32,000 nt of DNA from Staphylothermus hellenicus DSM 12710 (GCF_000092465.1 NC_014205.1:750001-782000), one strand, 5' to 3'; positions 8,202-17,209 are shown, numbered from the stretch's first letter. Translations and numbers: made by a program. The notes: a model not told the origin generated them from the letters alone.

Positions 8202-9689
8202 GTGATGAACAGGAATTATCGAATAATTAAACATCCAATCATAGATTTTCGCAGGGGTCGACGAATAATTTTCTATTATGAGGATAAGGCTATCGAGGCT
8301 TATGAGGGAGAAAGCATTCTAGCAGCATTGTATGCTGCAGGTTATAGGGTTTTCTCGTATAGCCCAGATGGTAAGAGGCCTCGTGGAGCTTTCTGCATGG
8401 CTGGGAAATGTAGTAGTTGTTTAAGCATTGTTGACGGCGTCCCGAATACTAGAATATGTATTGAGCCTGTTAGAGAAGGTGTTAGAGTTTATAAGCAGAG
8501 GGGAACAGCTGAGGTCCCCAAGAAAACAAGTTATACACCTGCCGAAACCATTGAGATCGATGCGGATGCATTAATAATTGGTGGGGGACCAGCTGGTTTA
8601 CAAGCATCACTAGTTCTTGCTGATCTGGGCTTAAATGTTGTTTTAGTAGATGATCATTTCAGGCTTGGAGGACAACTAATTAAGCAAACACACAGGTTTT
8701 TCGGAGATAAAAAATTCTATGGAGGAATCAGAGGATTCAAAATAGCAGAAAAACTCTCTAAACTCATAGAGGAGAAGAGAAACATTCATATATACACAAG
8801 AGCCTATGCTTATGGCTTGTTTAGAAACAATATTATAGGAGTAGCTGTTAGAGGAGATAAACCAGTTAATCTACTGGTTAAGCCACGAGCCATTATAGGA
8901 GCCACAGGTGCTTATGAGAAAACAATACTCTTCGAAAACAATGACCTACCAGGAATAATGGGTGCTCTCGGTGCACAAACACTTATGAACGAATATGGTG
9001 TTAAACCTGGTGATAGAGCACTCGTTATTGGATCAGGAAATGTTGGATTAATTGCTTCTTACCAGTTATTACAAGCAGGAGTTAAAGTTGTCGGCATAAC
9101 TGAGATCCTGCCACGTATAAGTGGCTGGTTTGTTCACGCAGCAAAAATTAGGAGGCTAGGTGTACCCATCTATACGAGGCACACGATTACCAAAGCATTG
9201 GGTTCTGATAGAGTTGAGAAAGCAGAGATCTCCATGGTTAACGATAAGTTTGAACCCATACCTGGATCAGAGAAAGTATTTGACGTTGACCTTGTATTGT
9301 TAGCTGTTGGTTTACAGCCAGACTATACATTCTATAGTCAAGCAGGAGCAGTAATGAAATATGTTCCGGAACTAGGAGGATTAGTGCCTATAAGGACAAA
9401 GTATATGGAGACAAGTGTTGAAAACCTATATGTTGCAGGAGACGCTGGCGGAATCGAAGAACCAACAGCAGCCTTCATAGAAGGGGAAATAGCAGCGTTA
9501 TCTGCAGCGATAAAGTTGGGAATAGATAAAGGATCTGTCCGTAAACGTAGAGATGAGCTTCTAGATTATCTATGGAACGAGTATCGTTTATCACCGGTTG
9601 TTTCTAGGGTTAGAGCTGGAAAACTCAAAATAACTGTTTCCGAGGAGGAAATGGAGAAGATCCGTAGAGGTGAATATGATGGGATATAA
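8202..9689 (+). CDS. FAD/NAD-binding oxidoreductase, alpha subunit of an HcnABC/PDH1-type (dye-linked L-proline dehydrogenase-like) complex, with an N-terminal 2Fe-2S-type Cys cluster
   Basis: 495 aa. The Cys cluster is CMAGKCSSCLSIVDGVPNTRIC. GGGPAG and GSGNVG are dinucleotide-binding motifs, and VAGDAGG is also present. GTG at 8202 is immediately followed by ATG at 8205, and either could be the start. Confidence 0.75.
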   Translation: MMNRNYRIIKHPIIDFRRGRRIIFYYEDKAIEAYEGESILAALYAAGYRVFSYSPDGKRPRGAFCMAGKCSSCLSIVDGVPNTRICIEPVREGVRVYKQRGTAEVPKKTSYTPAETIEIDADALIIGGGPAGLQASLVLADLGLNVVLVDDHFRLGGQLIKQTHRFFGDKKFYGGIRGFKIAEKLSKLIEEKRNIHIYTRAYAYGLFRNNIIGVAVRGDKPVNLLVKPRAIIGATGAYEKTILFENNDLPGIMGALGAQTLMNEYGVKPGDRALVIGSGNVGLIASYQLLQAGVKVVGITEILPRISGWFVHAAKIRRLGVPIYTRHTITKALGSDRVEKAEISMVNDKFEPIPGSEKVFDVDLVLLAVGLQPDYTFYSQAGAVMKYVPELGGLVPIRTKYMETSVENLYVAGDAGGIEEPTAAFIEGEIAALSAAIKLGIDKGSVRKRRDELLDYLWNEYRLSPVVSRVRAGKLKITVSEEEMEKIRRGEYDGI

Positions 9690-10164
9690 GGAGACAGGTG
9701 TTCTATCAATAGATGATTTAAAAGAGAAGGGATTACTTCCAAGTATGGAGAGATTAGAGAAGGGGGCCATAGCTATTGCTGAGTGCCCGGAAGAAATACC
9801 ATGTAATATATGCGCAAATATTTGTCCCTTCAATGCTATCGAGATGGAGAAAATCTATGATTTACCAAGAATTAACCCGGATAAATGTATAGGTTGTGGA
9901 GTATGTGTTCCACAGTGCCCGGGTTTAGCGATATTCGTAGTTGATCTGTCTAAGCCTGGAAAAGCATTGATAACTCTTCCATACGAGTTCTTGCCTGAGC
10001 CTAGGAAGGGGTTGAAAGTGAAGCTTCTGGATCGTGAGGGGAAGATTGTTGGTGAAGGCATAGTCGTGAAGGCTTGGCAATATGATAAAACATGGGCTGT
10101 AACTGTTGAAGTTCCCCGCGATAAATGGTTTGAGGTGAGAGCTATATGGATCCCAGAAAAGTAA
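9670..10164 (+). CDS. ferredoxin-like 4Fe-4S subunit (gamma-like) of the same complex
   Basis: 164 aa with CNICANICP and CIGCGVCVPQCP cluster motifs. The gene overlaps the alpha gene by 20 nt. Alternative ATG starts lie at 9676 and 9679. Confidence 0.7.
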   Translation: MNMMGYKETGVLSIDDLKEKGLLPSMERLEKGAIAIAECPEEIPCNICANICPFNAIEMEKIYDLPRINPDKCIGCGVCVPQCPGLAIFVVDLSKPGKALITLPYEFLPEPRKGLKVKLLDREGKIVGEGIVVKAWQYDKTWAVTVEVPRDKWFEVRAIWIPEK

Positions 10165-10424
10165 TTGTGTGTAGATGTGAAAATGTTACCTTAGCAGATG
10201 TTGAGGAAGCAATAGATAAGGGATACACTGATCTTGAATCGTTGAAGAGATACTTGAGAATAGGAATGGGGCCTTGTCAGGGTAGACACTGTCTAATATT
10301 AACTGCTGAGATACTTGCAAGGAAAACAGGCAAGAAATTCGAGGAAGTATTTATGCCAAAGAATAGACCACCACTAGCACCTATAGAGTTCAAGTTCTTC
10401 CTAAAAACACCCATTAAGAGGTGA
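10146..10424 (+). CDS. small BFD-like [2Fe-2S]-binding subunit (delta-like)
   Basis: 92 aa. CRCENVTLADVEEAI...GMGPCQGRHC is the BFD-like 2Fe-2S pattern. The gene overlaps the previous gene by 19 nt. Confidence 0.7.
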   Translation: MDPRKVIVCRCENVTLADVEEAIDKGYTDLESLKRYLRIGMGPCQGRHCLILTAEILARKTGKKFEEVFMPKNRPPLAPIEFKFFLKTPIKR

Positions 10425-10427
10425 AAC

Positions 10428-11570
10428 ATGTTGACTCTCAAAACCAAGTTGCTCATCATAGGTGCTGGAATAATAGGGGTTATGACTGCAAAGTTCTTGG
10501 TGGATAAGGGCTTCAACGATATAGTTATTGTTGAGAAAAAATATCCTGGAAGCGGTGGAACATATAGGTGTGCAACCGGTATAAGAGCTAGTTTTACTAG
10601 TTTAGAACATGTAGAGCTTATGAAGAGATCAATAAATCTATGGCCTATACTATCAAAACAACACAACATACCCTATAAGCGAGGCGGCTATATATGGTTG
10701 CTTTCAAGACCCGAACACGTTGAATTATTTAGGAAAATCGTTGATTTCCACCACGAACACGGTATTTCAACAAAAATAATCAGCCCCGAAGAAATCGGAG
10801 AAATCGTTCCAACTATTAGAACAGATAACTTATTAGCAGGAGTATATGATCCATTAGCTGGTAAAGCGAGTTGTTTTCTAGCCCTACTAAATACTCTAGA
10901 ATACATCAAGAAAAAAGGCGTCAAAGTAATCATAAACACACCAGTATACAAGCTAATAACTAGGAATAATGTGGTAGTAGGTGCTGAGACAAATAAGGGG
11001 TTTATAGAAGCCGAGAAAATACTTGTATCAGCAGGTTATGGTTCAAAGAAAATACTAGACACAATAGGGGTTAATCTCCCACTAGAAAATATTCCGAAGC
11101 ATGCATTAATAACTGAAGCATATAAGCCATTATTTGATCCATTACTAATAGATTGGGAGACATCATCATATATTGTACAAGTACTCCACGGAGGATTCCT
11201 TATAGGTGCAAATATTGAGGAGAAACCAAACACTCCCCCAACTAATAGAATAGATTACTTATTCCTAGCAGCAAATATATGGGCAAAATATTTTCCATGG
11301 CTACCATATGCAAGAATATTAAGGTACTGGACAGGCTACTATGTTATGACACCAGACCATCACCCAGTAATTGGGCCAATAGAAAAATATGAAAACCTAT
11401 ATGTAGCAACAGGCTTCAGCGGCCACGGATTCATGATGAGTCCAGCTGTTGGAGAAGCTATGGCACAATATATTCTAGGAGAAAAACCAAATGTCCCATA
11501 TATTGAAAATCTAAAACCTGAGAGATTTGAAAAAGGAAAACTAGTTAGAGAAATAGCAGTGTTTGGATAA
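10428..11570 (+). CDS. FAD-dependent amino-acid (proline/sarcosine/opine-type) dehydrogenase, beta subunit
   Basis: 380 aa. There is an N-terminal IIGAGIIGVMTA Rossmann motif and a DAO-family C-terminal GFSGHGFMMSPAVG. The ATG lies 3 nt after the previous stop and is preceded by GAGGTGA. Confidence 0.8.
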   Translation: MLTLKTKLLIIGAGIIGVMTAKFLVDKGFNDIVIVEKKYPGSGGTYRCATGIRASFTSLEHVELMKRSINLWPILSKQHNIPYKRGGYIWLLSRPEHVELFRKIVDFHHEHGISTKIISPEEIGEIVPTIRTDNLLAGVYDPLAGKASCFLALLNTLEYIKKKGVKVIINTPVYKLITRNNVVVGAETNKGFIEAEKILVSAGYGSKKILDTIGVNLPLENIPKHALITEAYKPLFDPLLIDWETSSYIVQVLHGGFLIGANIEEKPNTPPTNRIDYLFLAANIWAKYFPWLPYARILRYWTGYYVMTPDHHPVIGPIEKYENLYVATGFSGHGFMMSPAVGEAMAQYILGEKPNVPYIENLKPERFEKGKLVREIAVFG

Positions 11571-12044
11571 CCTATTAAGTATAAGCCTATATAAAACAGT
11601 CACTATAAAGTCAATAATTTTTTGTTTAGCCGATCCATTAATAGATGAATCTTATTATCTATTTCTTTTTTGCAAAGGTATATTCTCATTATTTTCATGA
11701 GCCATATGTAAACCAATAATGATTATTAGAAAAGCCCTCTTCGAGGAATATAAAGTGAATATCACATATAGCTCATCCCAGAATAGATTGAAGATATTGT
11801 TCCAAGGAAGACTGCTATGTCACAGAGAATAGCTTATAGAGGGGGCAAGGCTGATCTACAAGTCCTTCTATCGTCTTTCTTCAAAAAGCTTCATATATGC
11901 TTTCTCCAATGAATCCTCTACCGATACGAGATAAGAGTTATTAGCGATGTCTTTTTTATTAATTTTATTAATTGTGTTTTTACGGTTTTAACGGGTTTTA
12001 TTAATATAGATAAACAATGATTATTTTATGATGGTGTATTAGCG

Positions 12045-12983
12045 TTGAGTGCTGGGGAATACGAAAAATATGATGTGGTAGCTGTTGGTCATGCATTGGT
12101 TGATATAAGGTTTATTGTTGATAGGTTTGTTGGTCCCGATGAGGAAGCTAGTATTATTAAGCAGACACGTGGCGTAGGTGGGTCGGCCGCGAATGTTTCT
12201 ATTGATGTATCAAGGCTTGGAGGTAGATCGGCTGCCATTATTAAGGTTGGATTAGATGGGTTCGGCAGGCTTGTTATCGATGAGCTTATGCGTGAGAAAG
12301 TAGATGTTTCAGGTGTAAAAGTTTGTCTTGGAGATACAGGTTTTACAGTAGTAATCATTGATAGGGCTGGAAGAATAATAATGTATGGATACAAAGGCTC
12401 AGCAGAGAAACTTGAACCTAAAGATCTTGATGAAGGAATTATTTCACGCGGCAAATTCCTACATATTGCAAGCTTAAGACTAGATACTTCACTAGAAGCC
12501 GCGAAGCTGGCGAAGAAGCATGGTTTAAAAACTGCATGGGACCCGGGTAGGCGTTTATCCCTGAAGGGATTAAGCTACTTTGATGAATTATTGAAATATA
12601 TAGATATAGCATTGGTGAATGAGAAAGAAGCTCATCATTTAACGGGTATTAGTGATTATAGGGAAGCCGCTAAGAAAATACTGGAAACAGGTGTATGGCT
12701 TGTGGTAGTTAAGCGGGGACCTAAAGGTATATATGCTGTTACAAGTGATGGTGAAACATATGATCTCCCAGCTTTCCCAGTAGATAAGGTAATAGATACA
12801 ACTGGAGCCGGAGACGCCTTCGCTTCCGGATTATTACTTGGTTTGAGTAGAGGGTATAATTTAAAGAAATCCCTAATATATGGGAATGCTGTAGCAGCAT
12901 TGAAAACCAGTCGTTTAGGAAGCCATAATGTTCCGAGCCATGAAGAAGTAATAAAATATATATGGGAACATGGATTATCCTAA
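12045..12983 (+). CDS. PfkB-family (ribokinase-like) carbohydrate/nucleoside kinase; substrate unknown
   Basis: 312 aa. Motifs are DTTGAGDAFASG (the PfkB ATP/anion-hole signature), VNEKEA and GGSAANV. The start is a TTG. Confidence 0.85.
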   Translation: MSAGEYEKYDVVAVGHALVDIRFIVDRFVGPDEEASIIKQTRGVGGSAANVSIDVSRLGGRSAAIIKVGLDGFGRLVIDELMREKVDVSGVKVCLGDTGFTVVIIDRAGRIIMYGYKGSAEKLEPKDLDEGIISRGKFLHIASLRLDTSLEAAKLAKKHGLKTAWDPGRRLSLKGLSYFDELLKYIDIALVNEKEAHHLTGISDYREAAKKILETGVWLVVVKRGPKGIYAVTSDGETYDLPAFPVDKVIDTTGAGDAFASGLLLGLSRGYNLKKSLIYGNAVAALKTSRLGSHNVPSHEEVIKYIWEHGLS

Positions 12984-13021
12984 ACTTCACATAAAACAAT
13001 TAACGATATTCAATAACTAGC

Positions 13022-13351
13022 TTATAGAAGCATAGGCCTGGTTATCAATACTCTCTTAATATTCATTATATTGTTCAACAATTCCTTTATTCTCCCCGTA
13101 TCTACTCTGACAATTATTGTAAGCATATATATCGAGGTATTCATGCTGAATATCTGTAAGCGTTGCATCAATACCTTTAACTTCATGATCATATACAATC
13201 CCTTAATTCCAGAGGCTTTACCAACAGCTTTCCACCTATGCTCAGCAATGAAAAGTCTTAACGCTTCCCGAATAATCCTAGATCTATTCTTGATACCAGT
13301 TATCCTCATACATTCATCTAATTCTCTAGCTAAATCTTCCGGCAGATACAC
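13022..13351 (-). pseudogene. nikR: NikR-like (RHH + ACT-like) nickel-responsive regulator homolog disrupted by two compensating frameshifts
   Basis: The called frame gives the RHH N-terminus (YLPEDLARELDECMRITGIKNRSRIIREALRLFIAEHRW) and a NikR-like C-terminus (IIVRVDTGRIKELLNNIMNIKRV). The expected His-rich metal-site segment GIVYDHEVKGIDATLTDIQHEYLDIY is encoded only in another frame (13056-13202). The start codon is GTG, and a nearby ATG is out of frame. Confidence 0.6.
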
Positions 13352-13413
13352 TCCAACTTTACCATATCGGGTCTAAGAACGCATCTAGGATATGCAGATT
13401 GGTATATCTACCA

Positions 13414-14409
13414 TTATATTTTCTTCTTACCTAAAACCTCTTCAACAATTCTTTTCTCATCATCTCTCATAATGCCTAGTTCGTATCTATATAGGCATGC
13501 TCTACAAATTTCATGTGCAGAAGGCTCACCACATACCTTACAGGTCTTAATTTCTCCATGAATAATCTCGTCTCGATGCTTAGACAAAATATCAATTATC
13601 CTCAGAAGACTTCTTAGAAGAGAATATTTTGTTCCAGGATATTTCTCCTCTAACTCGTTTAGTTGACGCCTAATCATCCATCTAATATTGAATCTAGCAT
13701 ATGGGCACTCTACAAATTTAGGATATAAATTATTTAGTATCGAGTAAAGAGTAGTCTCCTTCTCGAGTATCTCGTAGAAGGGCTTAACTCTTCTAACAAA
13801 TTTTGGGTGATCAAGGGGGCCCGTTACCGGTGCCAGTCTCAATATTTTGTCCCAACTATTATTTATTATATTCATAACATATGTTTGCACAACATCATCC
13901 AAGTTATGAGCTGTAGCCAGAACTGTTCCACCCAGTTCTCTCGCAACTTTGTTTAATAAGTATCTGCGGAAAACTCCGCAATAACTGCATGGCAGATAAG
14001 GTAATCCCTTCTCCCTTCCAATCCTGACAATCTCGTCTAATGTGTATCCAAAATATTCTTCAAAACTAGCAATTTTATAATCAACACCTAATTCGTTAAC
14101 AACCCGTAGGAAATCCTTCTTAGTAATGTCACGGTACCCCCTAATACCCTCATCAATCAATAAAGCCGTAATCCTCCATCCAGGAACACGTTTTGACAAA
14201 TTATATAGGTAGTGGAGAAGAGACAATGAATCCTTACCGCCAGAAACAGCAACTACAATATGCTCTTTTGAACTAAACATTTTATATCTCCTAATAGTTC
14301 TCCTAACTTTCTTATCAAAATATTCGAGAAAATGTTTTTTACAGAAAGCTTGGCCACTAATCCTATTAATATAAACAGCTGGTCTACCACAAATACTGCA
14401 GTTCACCAT
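13414..14409 (-). CDS. ttuA: TtuA/Ncs6-type PP-loop, Fe-S dependent tRNA 2-thiolation enzyme
   Basis: 331 aa. There is an N-terminal Zn-finger-like CSICG...CKKH, a PP-loop SGGKDS, cluster cysteines PCSYCG and ECPY, and a C-terminal CKVCG...CRAC. Confidence 0.85.
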   Translation of the reverse strand: MVNCSICGRPAVYINRISGQAFCKKHFLEYFDKKVRRTIRRYKMFSSKEHIVVAVSGGKDSLSLLHYLYNLSKRVPGWRITALLIDEGIRGYRDITKKDFLRVVNELGVDYKIASFEEYFGYTLDEIVRIGREKGLPYLPCSYCGVFRRYLLNKVARELGGTVLATAHNLDDVVQTYVMNIINNSWDKILRLAPVTGPLDHPKFVRRVKPFYEILEKETTLYSILNNLYPKFVECPYARFNIRWMIRRQLNELEEKYPGTKYSLLRSLLRIIDILSKHRDEIIHGEIKTCKVCGEPSAHEICRACLYRYELGIMRDDEKRIVEEVLGKKKI

Positions 14410-14415
14410 TTCTAA

Positions 14416-14622
14416 TCAACCTCCAGAAACAACTGGGTAAAGAACAAGTACATCCCCATCCCCAACTTCATCATCCTCAGTAATCACAGCCCCATCCCTT
14501 ACAATAACATATTCATTACTAATCAAACCTATTTTAGCGAGAACATCCCTCACAGTAGAGCCTTCCGGCACCTCTATCTTCCACTCCTTGGAACCATCAA
14601 CTAGTCTAACAATAACATACAT
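14416..14622 (-). CDS. ubiquitin-like sulfur carrier (TtuB/ThiS/MoaD/SAMP-like) ending in Gly-Gly
   Basis: Start moved to the ATG at 14622, giving MYVIVRLVDGSKEWKIEVPEGSTVRDVLAKIGL...VLVLYPVVSGG-stop (68 aa). GGAGG lies 9-13 nt upstream and TTATATATTA lies at 14641-14650 on the minus strand, inside the longer ORF-track call. The gene ends 6 nt upstream of the ttuA-like gene. Confidence 0.75.
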   Translation of the reverse strand: MYVIVRLVDGSKEWKIEVPEGSTVRDVLAKIGLISNEYVIVRDGAVITEDDEVGDGDVLVLYPVVSGG

Positions 14623-14843
14623 ATTTACTGCCTCCACAACTAATATATAAGACTGAATATGCAATCTAAACAATATGTTCATATCTCCTTTAAGGAGTAT
14701 CTGTCACTTAAATACGGCCTTAAACGCTTTAGATACAATAAAATTCCACGAACTAAAATCCCTTTTATTTAATATTAAAGCTTCTACCAAAAACAGTATT
14801 TAGAATATGTTATGCTCTGCTAGTTAGTTGTTTCCTTAGATTT

Positions 14844-16205
14844 TTATTGCTTCTTGGTGTATCTTCTTTTAATGATCAGTAGGACTAGTATTACTAGTAT
14901 GAGTACGGGTAGGAGTGTTGGAGCTATGAGTACCAGGTAGGTTTTCCAGTCATGTTTCCCAGATATTGTACTGGCTTGTGCCTGGCTTGCAGCATTTATT
15001 ATCCTATGTATTAGGTTTAGCTTATCTTGGTTAACTGTTCTCCAGTCAGATTTGAATATCCCACCTGTATCACCGCTTTCAGGGTTTAAGCACCAGTAGA
15101 AGAAATCATATATGCCTTTCTGGATGAGCCAGTCCGCGAAGGCGTCTTGCCACACCTTATCCTTCCCTACATATCTGCCTCCCCACTCACCTATAACTAT
15201 AGCATAGCCTAGTTCCTTGAGGTATCCGAAGTGTAGTTCCCATATCTTTGGGAGGTTTCTGGGAAATTCTGGGTCGTTGAAGTAAGGCATATTATATACG
15301 CTGGGACCGTAGACGTGGGGGGAGTAGACTATTTTATCCTTGGGAAGTCTTACTGGATAATCCTTTACACCCATTAAGTTTTCTCCCCAGAAGCAGGAAT
15401 AAGGGTTTCTCCCGTCGATCTCGGGGACATGGGTGTATTGGACTCCTTCGATAAATATAAGCCAGTGAGGTGCTACTTGGAGTATTGCTTGTCCCACCCT
15501 CTCAGCGAAGAGCCTAAAATCAGTCTTGTTATCACCTGTCCCCCATGAGGCTGAGTCATGTGGTTCATTCTTGATATCAGCACCTATCACATTCGGATAT
15601 TTGCCGAATTTTTGGGCTAGGAACACCCAGTCCTTGATATACTGCTCCTCAGAGAAGTTGTCGGTGTACCAGAGTGGCTCAATATATCTACAACCTATCC
15701 TATGATAATCTAGTAAGACGAATATATTGAGCTCGTTAGCATATGATATTATTTTCTCCATTATCTCTAGGGATGTGAGATTTCTGAGATCAGGATTTAA
15801 GCTATAACTTATCCTCCCAGGAACAGGCTTAGTGCCGGGGGTTATGGATTCGTGGCAGAAGGGAAGCCTTATAGCGTTAAAACCCATTTCCTTAATGTCT
15901 TTTAGTATATCCTTCCAGTTACGAGCCCATAAACCGTAGACTATGTGATCTGGGAGCTCGAACCCGAACCAGGATACTCCAAAGAGATGTATTAGTTTAT
16001 CATCCATGTAGATAGTCCCATTAACGATGTGGTAGTAGGGGATGTGATCTTTGGGGATCTGGATATTGGAGCCTAGAACCCGGCCTCGAAGCTCATTATA
16101 GGGTTGCTGCTTCAAAAACGATCCCTCTACTGGCCATGCGATATATAAAGCTAGAAAAACTAATAGGAGGATAACAGCGCAGGCGATTCTAGTTCTAGCC
16201 GGCAA
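14844..16205 (-). CDS. GH5 endo-beta-glucanase (cellulase family A) with an N-terminal signal and a C-terminal transmembrane anchor
   Basis: 453 aa. IKNEPHD is the acid/base NEP motif and VIGEWGG is the nucleophile motif. The N-terminus is IACAVILLLVFLALYIAWP. The C-terminus is LVLIAPTLLPVLILVILVLLIIKRRYTKKQ. Confidence 0.85.
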   Translation of the reverse strand: MPARTRIACAVILLLVFLALYIAWPVEGSFLKQQPYNELRGRVLGSNIQIPKDHIPYYHIVNGTIYMDDKLIHLFGVSWFGFELPDHIVYGLWARNWKDILKDIKEMGFNAIRLPFCHESITPGTKPVPGRISYSLNPDLRNLTSLEIMEKIISYANELNIFVLLDYHRIGCRYIEPLWYTDNFSEEQYIKDWVFLAQKFGKYPNVIGADIKNEPHDSASWGTGDNKTDFRLFAERVGQAILQVAPHWLIFIEGVQYTHVPEIDGRNPYSCFWGENLMGVKDYPVRLPKDKIVYSPHVYGPSVYNMPYFNDPEFPRNLPKIWELHFGYLKELGYAIVIGEWGGRYVGKDKVWQDAFADWLIQKGIYDFFYWCLNPESGDTGGIFKSDWRTVNQDKLNLIHRIINAASQAQASTISGKHDWKTYLVLIAPTLLPVLILVILVLLIIKRRYTKKQ

Positions 16206-16234
16206 TAGTACGGTTAGCCTCTCTCATTATGAGC

Positions 16235-17209
16235 TTAGGCATATAGCCAGCATTTAACCTTAACTTTTCCTAGATCAACCATCGGCGGCTCTTTCTCCTC
16301 GCAGATAGGTTTTTTGTAAGGACACCTAGGTGCGAAGGGGCATCCTTTTCCTTTCCACTCCTCCTTTTTCTCGTATACTCTATGCTTTCCTTCCCCTTTC
16401 TTCCAGACTCTATCAATTAATGGTATAGCTTCTTTCAGCATCATCGTGTAGGGGTGGTGGGGTTTCCTGAGGGCTTCTGCAGGCCCATCCTCTACTACTT
16501 GGCCTTTATAGATGACTATGATGCGGTCGCTTGAGTAATGTGCTAATGCGTAGTCATGAGTTATTATTATAGGTGTGGTGCCATACTCTTCTTTGAGCTT
16601 GATGAATATGTTAAGGAGGTCTATCCTGCTTGAAGCATCAACCATTGATGTGGGCTCATCAGCTATTATGAAAGCTGGTTTAAGGAGGAGGGCGCGTGCG
16701 ATTGAGATCCTCTGCAACTGTCCACCACTCAGCTCGTGTGGATACTTTCCCTCAAGCTCGTCCATGTTGAGTCCTAGGCTTTCAAGAGTACTGGATATAA
16801 AGGATTTGGTGGCTGAGGGATCCTTCGCCACCTTTGGGTAATAGTTCTTCACAGTATCATATAGTATGCTTAAAACCTTTCTTCGGGGGTTAAAGCTACC
16901 ATAAGGATCTTGGAAAACCCCTTGAACCCTTCTATAATACTCTTTTATATCCCTCCACCTTTTCAGCTTCCACACATCTATTACTCGATCATGGTCATGG
17001 AACAACACGCGGCCACTAGTGGGCTTTAGTAGTCTGAGAATTATCCTCGCCAGTGTTGTTTTACCACTACCCGACTCTCCCAATATATTAACTATTTGTC
17101 CACTAGGTATTTCAAGGCTAACCCTATCCAGCGCCCTTATCTTCTTTGTGCCGGCGAGGCCTAGGGTATAGATCTTCGTCACGTTTTCTAATCTTATTGA
17201 ATAACTCAT
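16235..17209 (-). CDS. ABC transporter ATP-binding protein (Opp/Dpp F-type)
   Basis: Walker A is GESGSGKTT, the signature is LSGGQLQR and Walker B is IIADEPTS. A C-terminal Cys-rich oligopeptide-type extension (GCPFAPRCPYKKPIC) is present. Confidence 0.9.
   Translation of the reverse strand: MSYSIRLENVTKIYTLGLAGTKKIRALDRVSLEIPSGQIVNILGESGSGKTTLARIILRLLKPTSGRVLFHDHDRVIDVWKLKRWRDIKEYYRRVQGVFQDPYGSFNPRRKVLSILYDTVKNYYPKVAKDPSATKSFISSTLESLGLNMDELEGKYPHELSGGQLQRISIARALLLKPAFIIADEPTSMVDASSRIDLLNIFIKLKEEYGTTPIIITHDYALAHYSSDRIIVIYKGQVVEDGPAEALRKPHHPYTMMLKEAIPLIDRVWKKGEGKHRVYEKKEEWKGKGCPFAPRCPYKKPICEEKEPPMVDLGKVKVKCWLYA

Noticed and set aside
13071-13376. 101-aa plus-strand ORF overlapping the nikR-like locus
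   Set aside because: It is antisense to sequence that carries clear NikR-family signatures in two minus-strand frames. Its composition is Ile/Leu/Phe-rich nonsense.
14623-14682. N-terminal 20 codons of the 88-aa call for the ubiquitin-like carrier
   Set aside because: This stretch contains the likely promoter (TTATATATTA) and a GGAGG just upstream of the ATG at 14622. ThiS/TtuB-like proteins are 65-70 aa and begin with the first beta-strand (MYVIVRL).
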